A DNA stretch of 64,000 nucleotides from NCBI GenBank assembly GCA_040954595.2, contig CM082595.2, positions 3,829,943-3,893,942 of the forward strand. Direction: 5' to 3'. Source of the DNA: Balanoglossus misakiensis (taxonomy: Eukaryota; Animalia; Hemichordata). The position numbers and the translations under genes were made by a program. The notes under the pieces are model-generated. The model had not been told where the DNA came from and searched no databases. It worked only from the letters and a program-made list of their open reading frames with translations. This document shows, in pieces, positions 21,999-40,900 of this stretch; the stretch's first letter is position 1, and every line of letters starts with the position of its first letter.

Positions 21999-24388
21999 CT
22001 ATCTCTGTAAAAAACGTTTATGTAAAATTCACTCCTACTTAGATTTTCCTCAAAAGATTGTATTTTTGATCAACTCGTCATGTGTAGTGTTTTCTAATAT
22101 TGAAAAACTTGACAGGATGAGTTTGCTGTCATGTGTGATATCTTTGTTTCATTTGAGAAATTTTTCTTCTGAAAACTGAAGATTGCAAAGAGCTTTGATT
22201 CTTTTCATCCAAGGCTCTATAAACAAAATCCGAGTGTTTTTTTTAAAAAAAACTTTCCTTTTAGAAGATGAAAAAGTTATACCTTATAAATTCTTAATGT
22301 CATCTGCATGTGGGTAGGTTTTCAAGGAATTTCAACGAAAATATTGTTTATGCCATTATACAACAATAATGGATACATTCATACTCCTATCCCGAGAAAC
22401 CAAAGGAAAGTGAATCTGTATATATACACATGGTGTTTTATATTTCATGTTGATCTGGCACCAGTTAGAATTTCAAGAATGTGTGCTGACAACAGAGATT
22501 TTGGTGAGGGTTACGGTATCTATCAAGAATATATTCAGTTTTTGTAGTTAATCTGTATGTCTACAGAAAACAGAGCTGTAAGTAACTGTGCTTATCATAT
22601 ATACAAAAAAATTGTTTTATTTTTTTTTAATCCAGGCGATTTTTGAGCTTACTTTGGAAAGAGTAATATAGTGTTGTCTTAGTTCTTGAATGCACAGTTG
22701 TTAATTCCAAGTTGTTTAATTAGTTCTAGTGAACATTGATTATTTACACAATCTTTGTTTTCAGTTTAAAAACCTGGCAAATAAATACTCAGTATATTCA
22801 CCTATTTAAATGAAATTGTCTCATTATTTTGTTGAAGAATTATGATCCCAGGGCAGATAATCCATTACCATACAATACACTGCCCTATTCTTGACCTTTT
22901 TCAACAACATCACACACCATAATATGCACACACAAAAATAAGACATAAGTTAAATTTCTCGCCACATCACTGTTTATTATGCACAAAATACAAATGACCA
23001 ATACACAGTCATAACAATACAGCAAACATCACTCGTACACAAGTGTAAGTTAATGTCTGGTTCTCGGTAAACTACAGTCAAATGACCAAACTTTGAGGGG
23101 TGGGCATTTTCAAAGTAATATGTGAGCTATAGACTTGCTCCAGGGTTATGGGCTTAATTATTTCATAATAAATACATTTCAGAAAATAGTGCGTGGTATG
23201 AACGCGTAGCGTGTGATCGCGTAAGTCGTGGAATCACGTAGGCCCATAGGTAGGCAGTAACCAAAAACAACATAGTCCTGAATTCGAAACTCAGCTCAAT
23301 ACTGAAACTCATTCAAAGCAAGCAAACTCATGAAAAGTAATGAGTAAAAAAATTACGAGGGCCCTAACCCTTAGGTATTGCAGCTGTGTCGGACATAGAC
23401 ATGGTTAGAGGTAGCTTGCAGTCCACTGATTTTAAAGCCTTAAAAATAAGACATAAATATAAAAATTAAAAGCAAAAGCAGTTCTAAAATCTTCACTTAA
23501 AAGTGTCTGAATCTAAATCTACACTTAAAACGGACTAATCTGGAGTGATTTTGCGTAGTTAACCAGAAATCCATTGCTATTGTACTGAAAACATTACCCT
23601 GTCCATCACAACTGTGTTCAACAGCAGACATCAACTGAACTGTAAATTTTATGTAACTTTTCAAACTATCAACAAAGGAAAGTCTGAGTGCGAAGTTTGG
23701 TGGTAGAAATGTGACCATTGATCTGAGCGTACATATGTTCTTTGAAAATTATTCATTGTGACCAATTCTGTTATTTCTTCCTTTGTAATACTACTTATAG
23801 CTGCCTAACTGATATACAACCATCACAAAACCTTTTCAAAATGATCTTCACATTCTCCACAATTTAATTTCAGTTACCAGCTGCTATTTCAAGTTTCATA
23901 GTTAAGAAATACTTTGTTTTAAATTGTACGAGTCTTTCAACATAATAACACACTTTTTACAAATTTTACAAACACACTATGCATTTATAAACAAAATTAA
24001 AATTAAAATCTACTTCAGAAAGAATATTTCAGGCTGATTCACTGTTAGCAAACATTTGAATTGTTTAAAAACATCCAAAATAAAAAAAAAATATCACAAA
24101 GATCAATGTGAAAAGTCACATATATATGTACAGGGAACATGGCAATAGTCATCTTGTCATCTTGAATGGCCCTGTTGTATGTTAGTGATCTGACAAAATT
24201 TAAAAACAAACATATGATAGTGAGATGTAGGAAAAGACAAACATAATTCTTGAGTTTTCTTAAATTGTGACACTATGAGCATACTGCGAACTAAAGCAGC
24301 TGCCCCTTGGGTCTTGGATTCATCTGTCTTAATATCAAGGTCGAGTTCAAGGCCACGGGATAGCTATTCAGCATGCTCTGCTTGCCAG

Positions 24389-27300
24389 TTATTCAGTTTT
24401 GGGCTTGTCTTCATTCTTTCCTTTATCTTCAGGTTTTTCTTTTGCTTCTGATGTTCTGTAAAGATAACACAGCAATGATCATGTCACCTGTTGGATTGAC
24501 TGCCCTCGGTGTGATACAAATATTGAAAATACGGTATGGAATTTTTTAAAATTCAAGCTTAGTATTGTAACGGAATGTTATGTAACTAAATCTCACTACA
24601 CTGTGAACACACTTACCCAACTTTTTCGACTTTCTTTCGTTTGCGAAATATTGGTTTGATTACAAATGTGTAAAGCAAAGGATAGAAAATGCAGAACCAG
24701 AGATGTCCACACCAGTACACAGCAGAATAGGCCTAGAAAAAAATTACAAATTTGAAAATATTGTCAAACATTTACGCAATATAAAAGACTATAAAGAATG
24801 TGAATATTTTAAGAATACTTTTCAGAGAGAAATTCATGTCGTCTGCAACTCACCTTGTATGTTCTTTCCCATGTAAGCACCACGAAGCCCAGGAGGGGGT
24901 AACCTAAAAATATCAGCAGCCATAATTTACAGATGATGTAAATCGGAACTTTCAAAATGCGGTTCTCGTAAAGTTTTGACAACCCTGTCATGTTTGCAGT
25001 GTCTATCATCTGTAAAGAAAAAAAAATAACAGAATTGTCATCTGTGAGATAATATTTGATGTTAGATATCCTCTTCCGGTCACTAGACCTCCATTAAAAA
25101 GAAACAAATTCTATATGACCTGTTCAGGTCACCAAACAAATTAAACAAACATGTCTAGTTACCATGGCTTCTACGTTGGTGATGAAGGCTTCAAGCATGA
25201 AGCATGTATAGTAACCGACGAAAAGACCGTGCCACACTGCCAAAAATAGCAACACTGCAGACTGAGATATCAATTTGTTTCCCAGGAAACGTAACCTCTT
25301 GTAAACATATCTGAAAAAGAGACATTGAATAATTAATTTGGCAAATATTCATCCAACACGCATGTTCAAGATATGATATTTACAAGCAGCCCTGGCCATG
25401 AGTATTAAAACAAAAAATACTTTCCCACCACATGGGAAGTTGAGAAGTGTATATTCCTTTATACTCAGATGAGAATTGACCAATTTATTTCAGAAGTACA
25501 TTTTCACTCCCACAAGTTAACAACCCAAGTACCAGAACTTTCATTGTCTTTACCCGCCATCGCTATAGAAACAAGCAGGAGCAACAACCTCAAAATCTCA
25601 CTCTGTCTATGGATTTTCTTACCTGAGAACCCATTGGTTGGTGTTGATGTTGAACGACTGAATAGTGCCCCTGAACGTTGTTGTGGTTTCGAAAGCATAA
25701 ATATCAATATTCCTACAAGCATCCCACTTTGGTTTGCCATTTTTATCTCGGCCGTTGTAGGCCAGTCCACTAAGTATGCATGACCCTTCCTAGAAAAAAA
25801 TAACAAGTTTAAAAAAAACATTTACAAAATATGAAATTATTATCCATTATACTGAGTAGTGGGTATTCATGTGGACTTGGACACTTCGATCTTCACCTTC
25901 AATGATGATCTCACCGGTTTCTTTGAAACATTGCCTCTTATTGGTTAGTATCTTGACTGTATTTCCCTTGAGAACACGCCATTGGTTAACAGTCTACCCC
26001 TAAACTAGAATATGAATAGAAGTAGTACTTACTGCAAACAGCCATACTGGCATGTATTTACTAATGGCCAACTGTCCCCATACGGCTAGAATGAACAGAC
26101 GTTTCCAGAATGGAATACTCTGAAATCAAGAAAAAAAAAACGGGTTCTTCTTCAAAAATGAACGCCTCTCGCTTACATACAACAAGCATTTCAGTGTCAA
26201 ATAGAAAACTTTAAAGCGATCACAATTTCCACGTCATGCTAAACAATGCCATGGAATGACAACATAGCCACTGCTTCCTGGAAAGACGTAGGGAGGATAC
26301 TTACAGCAAACTCGTTGGAATACATATAGGAGTTTGGAATTAGCGGTCCCAGGACTACCGTGATTACGCAGAAAATGAGACCCAGGATGAACTGATTGAC
26401 CGCTGGACGAACACAATTCGGTAGTTCGCCTTTCTCTCCGTCCGTCAGCTCACCATTACACATGTCAAAATATCTTCTGATAGGAAACTACACCAAAGAA
26501 ATAAAGACATGACACCAATGACACATTCTCCACTTTTATAAAAATGGCAGAAACAAGGTACATTTCATTTTTTGCTTTTGGTCAGAAGGTAGGAGAGAGA
26601 AGGAGACTTTACCTGTGGGCCAGCAAAGAATCCACCAAAATAGAAAGAGTATGCTGAGATCTCAAGGAGTGTGGGTTTCCTGTTCAAGGCTGTTTGTTTC
26701 TGATCTGCAGACAATTCTTCCTGAAAATAATTAGAAATGCACCAATTATATATAGTGTCTACCTCACATATACACACACACACACATCCACATATATCCA
26801 TGCATGCATCCATCCATCCATCAATCACTAAAATATACCATATCTAAATATGTGATTACTTACAACAGGTTTAGTGCCATCATAAACATCATACACAAGA
26901 CCAATCATTCGGAGTGTCAATATACACTGAGGGGTAGTCCATATGATGTCATAGGTGTCTGTGGCCGTGTACACATACGCAGTGATCAGATAACCCTGTT
27001 GATATACAATAAGAATTATAATCATAAAGTAAGTCTGAAAATTCAGACAATATTTTTTTGTAAAAGGGTTAGATTAACACTTCAGGTTATAAGAGAGTAA
27101 AGAAATAATGGAGGATTTGAAGCATATACAATAAGACAGCTCACCACCCAGCACAGTAAATTTGTCCCCGGGAAAACATATCATAATTTCTACAAAATTC
27201 AACAGTTGGTGGATTAAAAAGAAAGCACATCATGCCACAGATCTTACCATGTTAAACACAAACGCCAAGAAAACCGACACCGCTGTTCCGCCCACAATTG

Positions 27301-28665
27301 TGATGAGAGAATAATTGACAAGAATGGAGATCAGGAAATGGAACATGGTAGCACCTGCAATGCAAGAAAAAAGAATACTACCTGTAATTAACCATTTCAC
27401 CACCATGGTTTGGTCCAAATCCACTGTTATCTAGGCAGAGTTGGACCTCTACAGGTGGAAATGGGGGTGAAAGGGTTAACTAAAGAAAGGCAATACAAGT
27501 AACAGCCATCCAGATCCGGGGGGGGGGGGGGGGGGGGGGGGATTGTTTATCTATATTAAATTACCGGTATGATCATAATTTTTCATTACTGGATAATCTG
27601 TACGTAGTAAATAATCTTTCATGCATTTCTACACAATTCAATATGTAATCCCGATTATAAAGTTATTTTATTGGTTTATAGCGCATTAAATTCTGCTTAA
27701 CTTGTTGCCTATTGTTCTTCCAAAGCGAAAAATCACAAATGAGACGTTCTTGCATAATCATCATTTACTTACCATAGTTGAAGTAGGACAGAGAGAGTCC
27801 ACATACTATGAAAAAGACGTGATGTACTGTCATAGATTTGCCATGGATAAAGTTCCTCTGAAAAATGGCTATTGGATACCCTAGAGGCAAAACAATCAAA
27901 TGATAGACACACAGTTATTACTTTGGATCTACAAAGCAATGCAGACACCCAACCTTCCTGTCAATAGAGTCTCCCATGGTCACATATGGTGGTGCGAACT
28001 CCTAAGCGTGTGTGGCTGTCTGCCATTGGATCACTAACATAAATAGCAGACGTCTTCCAGTCCAATGGCTTTCCATATTAACTTATAAGTTATAATGGTG
28101 CACTAGATGAGTCTGTTATTTTCAAAACGACCTCAACCCCCCCCTCCAATTTCTTGACGAAAATCTCAGCGTCCACAGAATAATTATCTCGGTGGAAAAT
28201 GATCTATTAAAAGAACAGCTCAGCGGACAATGAGATTGAAATACGTGGAAGCTTGTGGCTCGAGTCCACAATGGTCATTGCTGAACAGACACAGTTTTAC
28301 AGCGTTCTTGTAGGAGTGGAGGCTTTGGCTATCACCGCAATTCTTTCTAATGAATGATATTGAGTTTGTCTTATTTTTAGGGGAGAAATTCACTAAAATT
28401 CCATAGGTAACAAGTCGGTCAACGTTCAACGATCAGGTTTACATGCCCTGACCACCAAAGCAACATAACATGCCAGTCCATCCACGACAGTAAAATCGTC
28501 AAAATGTCAACTTTGGCAATGAATTATACGCTAAAAATTTCAAAATAGCTGGAAATTCTCATTACCTAACAATACTGACAGAAGAAGTCGCAGTCCGGCT
28601 TCGGCGACGCCAGTTACATTGGCTAATTTCTCGATCGGACCTTCGTAGACTGGATACACCGCCAT
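24389..28665 (-). CDS. LPCAT3: Lysophospholipid acyltransferase 5 (LPCAT3/MBOAT5), multi-exon
   Basis: Start MAVYPVYEGPIEKLA...LRLLLSVLLGYP (ATG at 28665). Motifs WTTPQCILTLRMIGL, YFGGFFAGPQ, FNINTNQWVLRYVYKRLRFLGNK and catalytic LAVWHG. C-terminal KPKTE (KxKxx ER-retrieval-like), stop at 24389-24391. Confidence 0.93.
27388..27479 (+). mobile_element. ~90-bp TTAA-flanked MITE (piggyBac-like ends)
   Basis: ttaa-ccatttcacc ... ggtgaaaggg-ttaa. Related copies at 53185-53282, 56377-56468, 60146-60235, 60694-60767 and, reversed, 19237-19440. Confidence 0.75.
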
Positions 28666-30683
28666 CTTCGCCCCTGTAACCTTTGACCTCGAAAATCACC
28701 CAACTTCGTATCCAGCGAGCGCCGCAGAATATACCAAACTATGTAACATTGTCTTCACTTTGTATTTTGGTTTTAAAACTGAACTTTTATCCTAAAAATG
28801 TATTTCATGTCACACCAGAAGTAAGTTATTTTTTATTCGGAAGCTAATATACGTACTTGACCTTTGAACTCTTAGCCGCAAAGCACTACAGGTAATAAAA
28901 ACGAAAGAATCCATTGCTTGACATTTACGTCCCCAAGTTTTCTCTTGTTTGTATACATATAGAGCAACAAAAAGAGTACATGTACTTGTTAACCGATAAA
29001 GTACAGCGTGTAAACCTATAAATTGAATATCTGGCGATTTTCATCGGTTTTTCTAGTGAAACCTATTCAGTAACTCTCGATTTTATAGCGATTTTTTATT
29101 CGTTCTGGTTTGCCTAGTAGATGGCATGAGGACTTTTTTTGCAACGCGTGATTTGAAATACAAGAGAAAATCCTTTGACGTTTGACCTGGGCGAGCTTCG
29201 TTTAGATCATTTTGGAGGACTTTTCATGAATTGCGATGTATAAGTATTCGGGTTTTTTGCGATAAAAGCACAAAGAATGATCCACCGGTCGATCCAAAGA
29301 TTTCCAAAATGGCGGCACGAGCGCGTTCATTGTGTTTGGAGACGCTAACTTTTTGACTCTTTTTTCGTGCTTTCTTTGTCTTCACTCGGGGTTGTCATTT
29401 TTATTATTCGGATATTAAGATGTCATGCGATTCGGCAATAAAGTCTAATTCTTTCAATGACGATCTGTACTCGTTGTTTTGAGAATCGAAATACCGTGGA
29501 TTTAAAAAAACACGGAGGGCCCCGACGCCATCTTGATTGTTCTCAAGACCTTTCAGTCAATCTATTTATTCGGAAACGTGTTAATGTATGAAGAAAGTTT
29601 ACAATTCTTTGTCAAGTTCACAGCGATTTTTCGCGCTAAATTCGGTTGTATCACCTGGAATACAAAGAGAAGTGTTAATTGTATGCCAAATGTGTAGAAA
29701 CCCACGCCACCATAATCTATTTTGGGCTTCCGACTTTATCTCAAAGTAGTGGCATAAGCCACAGATCGGTGTACTAATACTAGGACAGTCTAGCCATAGG
29801 GCCTACATGTGTGTCCCAATTTCCAATGAACACGATTGGAATATAGAGGTACCACAGATTAGATCTATTTTTGGAATAACTCCATGTAGACAAAGTGTGC
29901 AATTTTTAGCAGAATATGTACACATATAAAATTACTACACTCGTTCGCTGTAGTACTGTTCATTTTAATTTGTATATATTTTATTCAAAAGCAATTATCC
30001 CAAATAATTTCCAATCGTGTTGTTGCTTTGATATGCTATTTCAGTCCAGAGGAAAAATCGTTTGAATTAACCACGCCACCTCCGATTTTTGCACACGGGC
30101 ACACAGAACACGAAGGTTTTGTGAAGTATTTGCATGTCAGACAGACTCTGAGAAAGTGTCAGTCTGTTTTATGTGTGAATTAAAATAAGTCTCTTTTTAA
30201 AGGACAAAGACGATAGGTGCCAATGAGCTTCTTTGATTTGATCATCGATAATTGTTCCTTTACACACAGAGAGAAAGCATTCGAATATTCTAACCCAGAG
30301 TCAGTAAGAAAAGAAAATTGTCTATGACAGTGACAGTGACCAAGTAACGACATGTACGATGCGACGCATAGCTAGAGGCTTGGACCAATTTCTAAGAAGT
30401 AAATTAAAGACGGTACAGTGATTGTAGGGAAAGGGAAAAAATCTACTTGCCATGGAAATTGAACAGATAAATAAAAAAATAGAATAATTGTCGTCATTTA
30501 TAGATAAACCCACAAAAAGTGAGTTTTCTAATTAAAAAAGCGCACGATATGGTAATTTTCGTTTCTTCGGCTACCTTGTCAAATGCGTGAAGCGGCGACC
30601 GATACACGCCTGCTTCCCACTTTCCAATTGGATCGAAATCAAATAGAACAGAAAAGCAAATTATGCAGAGCAAATAGCGTGGG

Positions 30684-30692
30684 TATATAAAG
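30684..30692 (+). promoter_or_regulatory. TATA box of the multicopper oxidase gene
   Basis: TATATAAAG 70 bp upstream of the signal-peptide ATG at 30754. Confidence 0.6.
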
Positions 30693-30753
30693 ATGTCCAA
30701 CGCGATAATTTCGCCCAAAGCAACCAAAACCCAGCCTGGTGTACACCTCAGTC

Positions 30754-36803
<6,050 letters not shown>

Positions 36804-36830
36804 TTACATATACAATTCGAAAAACAACCG

Positions 36831-36896
36831 TGCCAGCTCTTTAATAGGTGAACTTTTGAAGTTCATCAATGTAGTTCACCTATAAAAGAGCTGGCA
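36831..36896 (+). other. Near-perfect 24-bp stem hairpin in the oxidase 3' UTR
   Basis: tgccagctctttaataggtgaact ...18-nt loop... agttcacctataaaagagctggca (one mismatch). Confidence 0.8.
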
Positions 36897-37922
36897 TTGG
36901 TACTGTCTGCCGGAAGACACCCGAACGTTACAACAGAATTGCACGAAGTGAAATTTGTTTTGTGTTTTGGTGTATGTTCATAAACCCATCGTACTATTTT
37001 TTCAATAAATGTTTTGAAAACTTACCATACTGAGTTTTTGTCATTATTTTTATCGATGGAAGCTCCTAGCTTGTTTTGTTTTAGTTGGAATTAGGCCTAG
37101 TTATGCATATAGATATAAATGATGTCTTACAAAGAGAAGTAAAAAAAACCCCAGGAGTTGTCTCCCACACCCTCTCGGGCCGGCTGTGCTATCTAAATTT
37201 ACCGTTTGTGTCGGAGAAGCCACAAATCGTTATCATAATTGCATTCTCTTTGTTTCATGACAAGGATTATTTACGTGGCGCGTCATCGCTTTATGTTTAT
37301 TTTTGTTTTAATGTACTGGTTATTTATGATGCAGTGCCAACTGAAACGTGTCCCACCGTCGCAGAGTATTTTGATTGGATATAGTGTTTGTACACACGAA
37401 ATTACGCACATGCACTTATTATGTTCCTTGCCCTCCTTGCAAATCGACTATCAATATCATAGACCCGTATCATTCACAAACATTGTGATCCAATTAATTA
37501 TTCACGATATGATATGGCTAGGTATCAGTATCTTATGCAACTTTCACACTCGTCAATTAGTGGTGGTTAGCTAATCAGAACGTAACTAGCTACTGTGTAA
37601 ATCAATTAAAATAAGTTATTTTTGACTCTTTTGTTTTTATCAAGGACATAGCCACCACCGTGTGCAGTACGGTGACATCCACTGGGCATAAGTCAGATCA
37701 GAGTCATGTTTTTGCATGACTTCTCTATACAATGGGTTTGTCAGCCAAAAAGACCACCAGTCTGGCGAATATATTCGATATATTTTAATATTTACATTGC
37801 AGTTTATAACCCTGGAAATATTTTGTTTGATTCAAGGGAATTATAAAAATGATCGTGGTAGTCGACTCAATATTTACATGAAAACATAAAATTCTGTACA
37901 CAAATGTAGAGACAAAGGCAGG

Positions 37923-40900
37923 TTACTCTTCTTCGTCTTCTTGTGGATCTCTGATCAATCCCAAACAACGGCCAATCCGCATCGTCTGTTTCAAGAAACG
38001 CTCTTGCGCGAGAGCAATTGCCATAGAAACCAAGGAAAGTCCTAGCAACAGATACACGGCCATGGCCAACAAGAAGGACGGTTGGTGGCCAAACATTGGT
38101 ATGATGTCGCCGAAGCCGATTGTTGTCAAGGAAATAAACGTGAAGTAAAACGAATCGAGAAACGACCAATCTTCCTGCCAGTACCAGAAAAACAGCGCGC
38201 CAGCCACGGTGTTCACAAGCAGGACCAGGACCACGACGTATATTGGGACTTCGTAGTTCTCGTTATCATTGCTCACTTCTGAAATCTGCGAGCTTTTCCT
38301 TCTCATACTCTGTCGCCTGCTGCCGAGCGAGCTTGTCGACACAGATGACGGCCGCCTGTCGTCCGAATCCGATTGGCTGACACGAGCATAGAGGCGATCG
38401 TTCACGGCACGCCACCCCGAGCCAGACAGCCCCGGGGGTTCTGTGTCCGCGTCGCAGCAATTCCGACTCTGCACGCTCTCTCGTCTTGAATTTGGCAAAT
38501 TTTCCCGCGGTCTGCAACTCTCTCCCTTCTCCCCCTTTTCAAACCTCACGGAAGGCTGTCTGTTTTGCTTTTTGCTCGTCGTCGCATCTAACAGCAGTGA
38601 ACAAACTTTGCAACATAACTTTGAAGTCACGCCCTTTTCGCCAAGGGCTTCGAACACTTTCGTGAGGAGTTTTTCTCCCAGGCGAAAATCTTTCAAGCTC
38701 CCGTTTGTACATCCGTTCTCGGGAGCAGACTCTTCTTTCAACGACAATAACCTCAATATTGTTTTCTTCGGTAACTTAACAGTCACAAAGTCATCATCCG
38801 TACCATCGTCTGCAAGATCTACCCTCGATTTGCCATCTGACAGATTTATTGTTTCTTCGACAGTTTGCTGGTTTAAAATGCGTAAATACCCAGCCTCGGG
38901 TCGGGTATCGTCTGCTGTTTGAGAAGAAAATGCGTTTTCCGCCGCGGGCACAAAAACCGTCGGTCGGTCGCCATTTGTGTCCACACCGTTCTCTCCCCTC
39001 GCCTTGGAATTTCGATGAATGACTTTCTGTCGTTTGCCGTTCTCATCGGTTCTGATGACAATGTTCCCCAACAAGACATTTTCACTGAATTTTCTGATGC
39101 GTTCTTCTGATTTTCTCCGCTTGCTGTTGTTCCCCAACATAAACAAATTTTCGGGTTCCGGAGAGATGTTCGACCCGTCTCCGTGAAGCGGATCGTAATA
39201 TTCATTCTCGCAGGGAGCGACTGTCAGGGGCATTTCAGACAACTTCCTCTTGTTTGGGTTTTCTGTCTTGATGTACCGAAATTGCAACGACTGCTGGAGG
39301 AAGTCTTGGCGGTAACGGAGGCGTTTTCGCCGAATGTACTGACAGATTGCCGTCAGCATCTGAGCGAAGAGTCTGCCGATGTCAGCCATGACCACAAAGA
39401 AGAGCGGAATCCCAACCAGGGCGTAAAATATGCAAAATATACGACCGGCTGTCGTTTCGGGAGCTACATGGCCGTAACCTGCAAAACAAGAAAGGGGGAG
39501 CAAAATAATTAGTGTGAATTTGTGTATAAAAGGAACTGGAAAATTTGTCATTTTTCTGTTCTGTGTATCGACGGCAATGTCACGTGACAGAGGGACTGGT
39601 GTCGCGTTGCGCACCTAACATAGTTTATCAATGATGCGTGTAAACAGTGCAGTGGGACCTTATATTGTCTTACTGATTTTCAGCAGTACATTTTATTCAA
39701 GCCGTGAATTCGAAAGAAGTCCGTTGTACTGAAGGCAGGGCCCACTGTACTATACACAGCTAAACGTGTATACTGTTTTGGCAAGCAAAATACTGCCAGC
39801 CGAGTGCGTTTCAGAAAGTCTACCCACATCCATCATTTCACAATATCATTCCTAACAATAGAGACGGCGATCAATTATTTTTGTTTAATACAATGAGTCT
39901 ATGAATTTATTAATGATGTTTAGGGGTTAGTTGGAAAGTGCTTGTGTTAATGTGTTAACTATAACAGGCGCTGACATGAAGTGTAAATTACATTTTCAGT
40001 TAAAACACAAATAAGAGATCGTTTGAATTTTGTCGTGTGTCACAGACTGTTTATAAAATTGCGGTCGACAATGTCACCCATAGAAAAGTGAGGGTCGGGT
40101 AGCTGGTTATATTACGGTGTTATTGTTGTTGTATATAGATATACCCGTGTTTTGATCCGAGAGTCAGGGACCAGCCCTCTATGTGGGCCAATAATAAAAT
40201 GGGCAAATAAATTATCTTTCAAACGGAGGGTTGCTTAATTAACGGCGTGTACATCCATGACCCCAAGGTAGTAAAATGGTAAGATTTGAAGGTTCTTTAT
40301 TTTAATTTTAGAATCTGTCCTTCGGGTGCGAAATGTCATGCGAAGGGAGAACATGACGACTGTGGTTGAAACTCTCGAGTTTTACCACAATGGAAAGTCA
40401 GATTGTCATAATTCAAAGTCAACAGCTGTTGTCTATGACAATTACAATAGTATTGAATCTGAAAACACACACCATATTTTACAGATAGGAAGCAATCTGT
40501 TCCGAGACACGCATAAGGCGGGGGTGATTTACGGTAAATACTGGACTTGGTTCAAGTCGGTGAATTAAAAACATTTGCAACAGATTCTATCTCGCTTGTC
40601 ACTTTTTATTCAAGCTTTACACAATCATTTATAGATTTACTGAATTTGTCATAAGGGCCCCCACTGAAAATAATCGTGTGGTTCCGATAACACGCTTTCC
40701 AGACGGTTATGTATATGCGGAGGTTGGAAAATATTTTTCTGTCATTTGTTTTATTTGTCAGAACATGTCTTCGGTTCATAGATGACGTCATATCATTCAA
40801 AGTCTCGTGTGTTCTCCTTGTTTTTTAATTATCACGGAAATTACATTTGTTCAACTTCCGTGTTTACATAACCATTATGGGAACCATTCAATATTTTTGG

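Noticed and set aside
27517-27541. Poly-G run as a functional G-quadruplex
   Set aside because: A simple intronic homopolymer with no supporting context.
39479-39614. N-terminal part of the 563-aa ORF as the channel's true start
   Set aside because: A good acceptor lies at 39479, and the upstream exon supplies M1 and TTIG, so this stretch is intronic.
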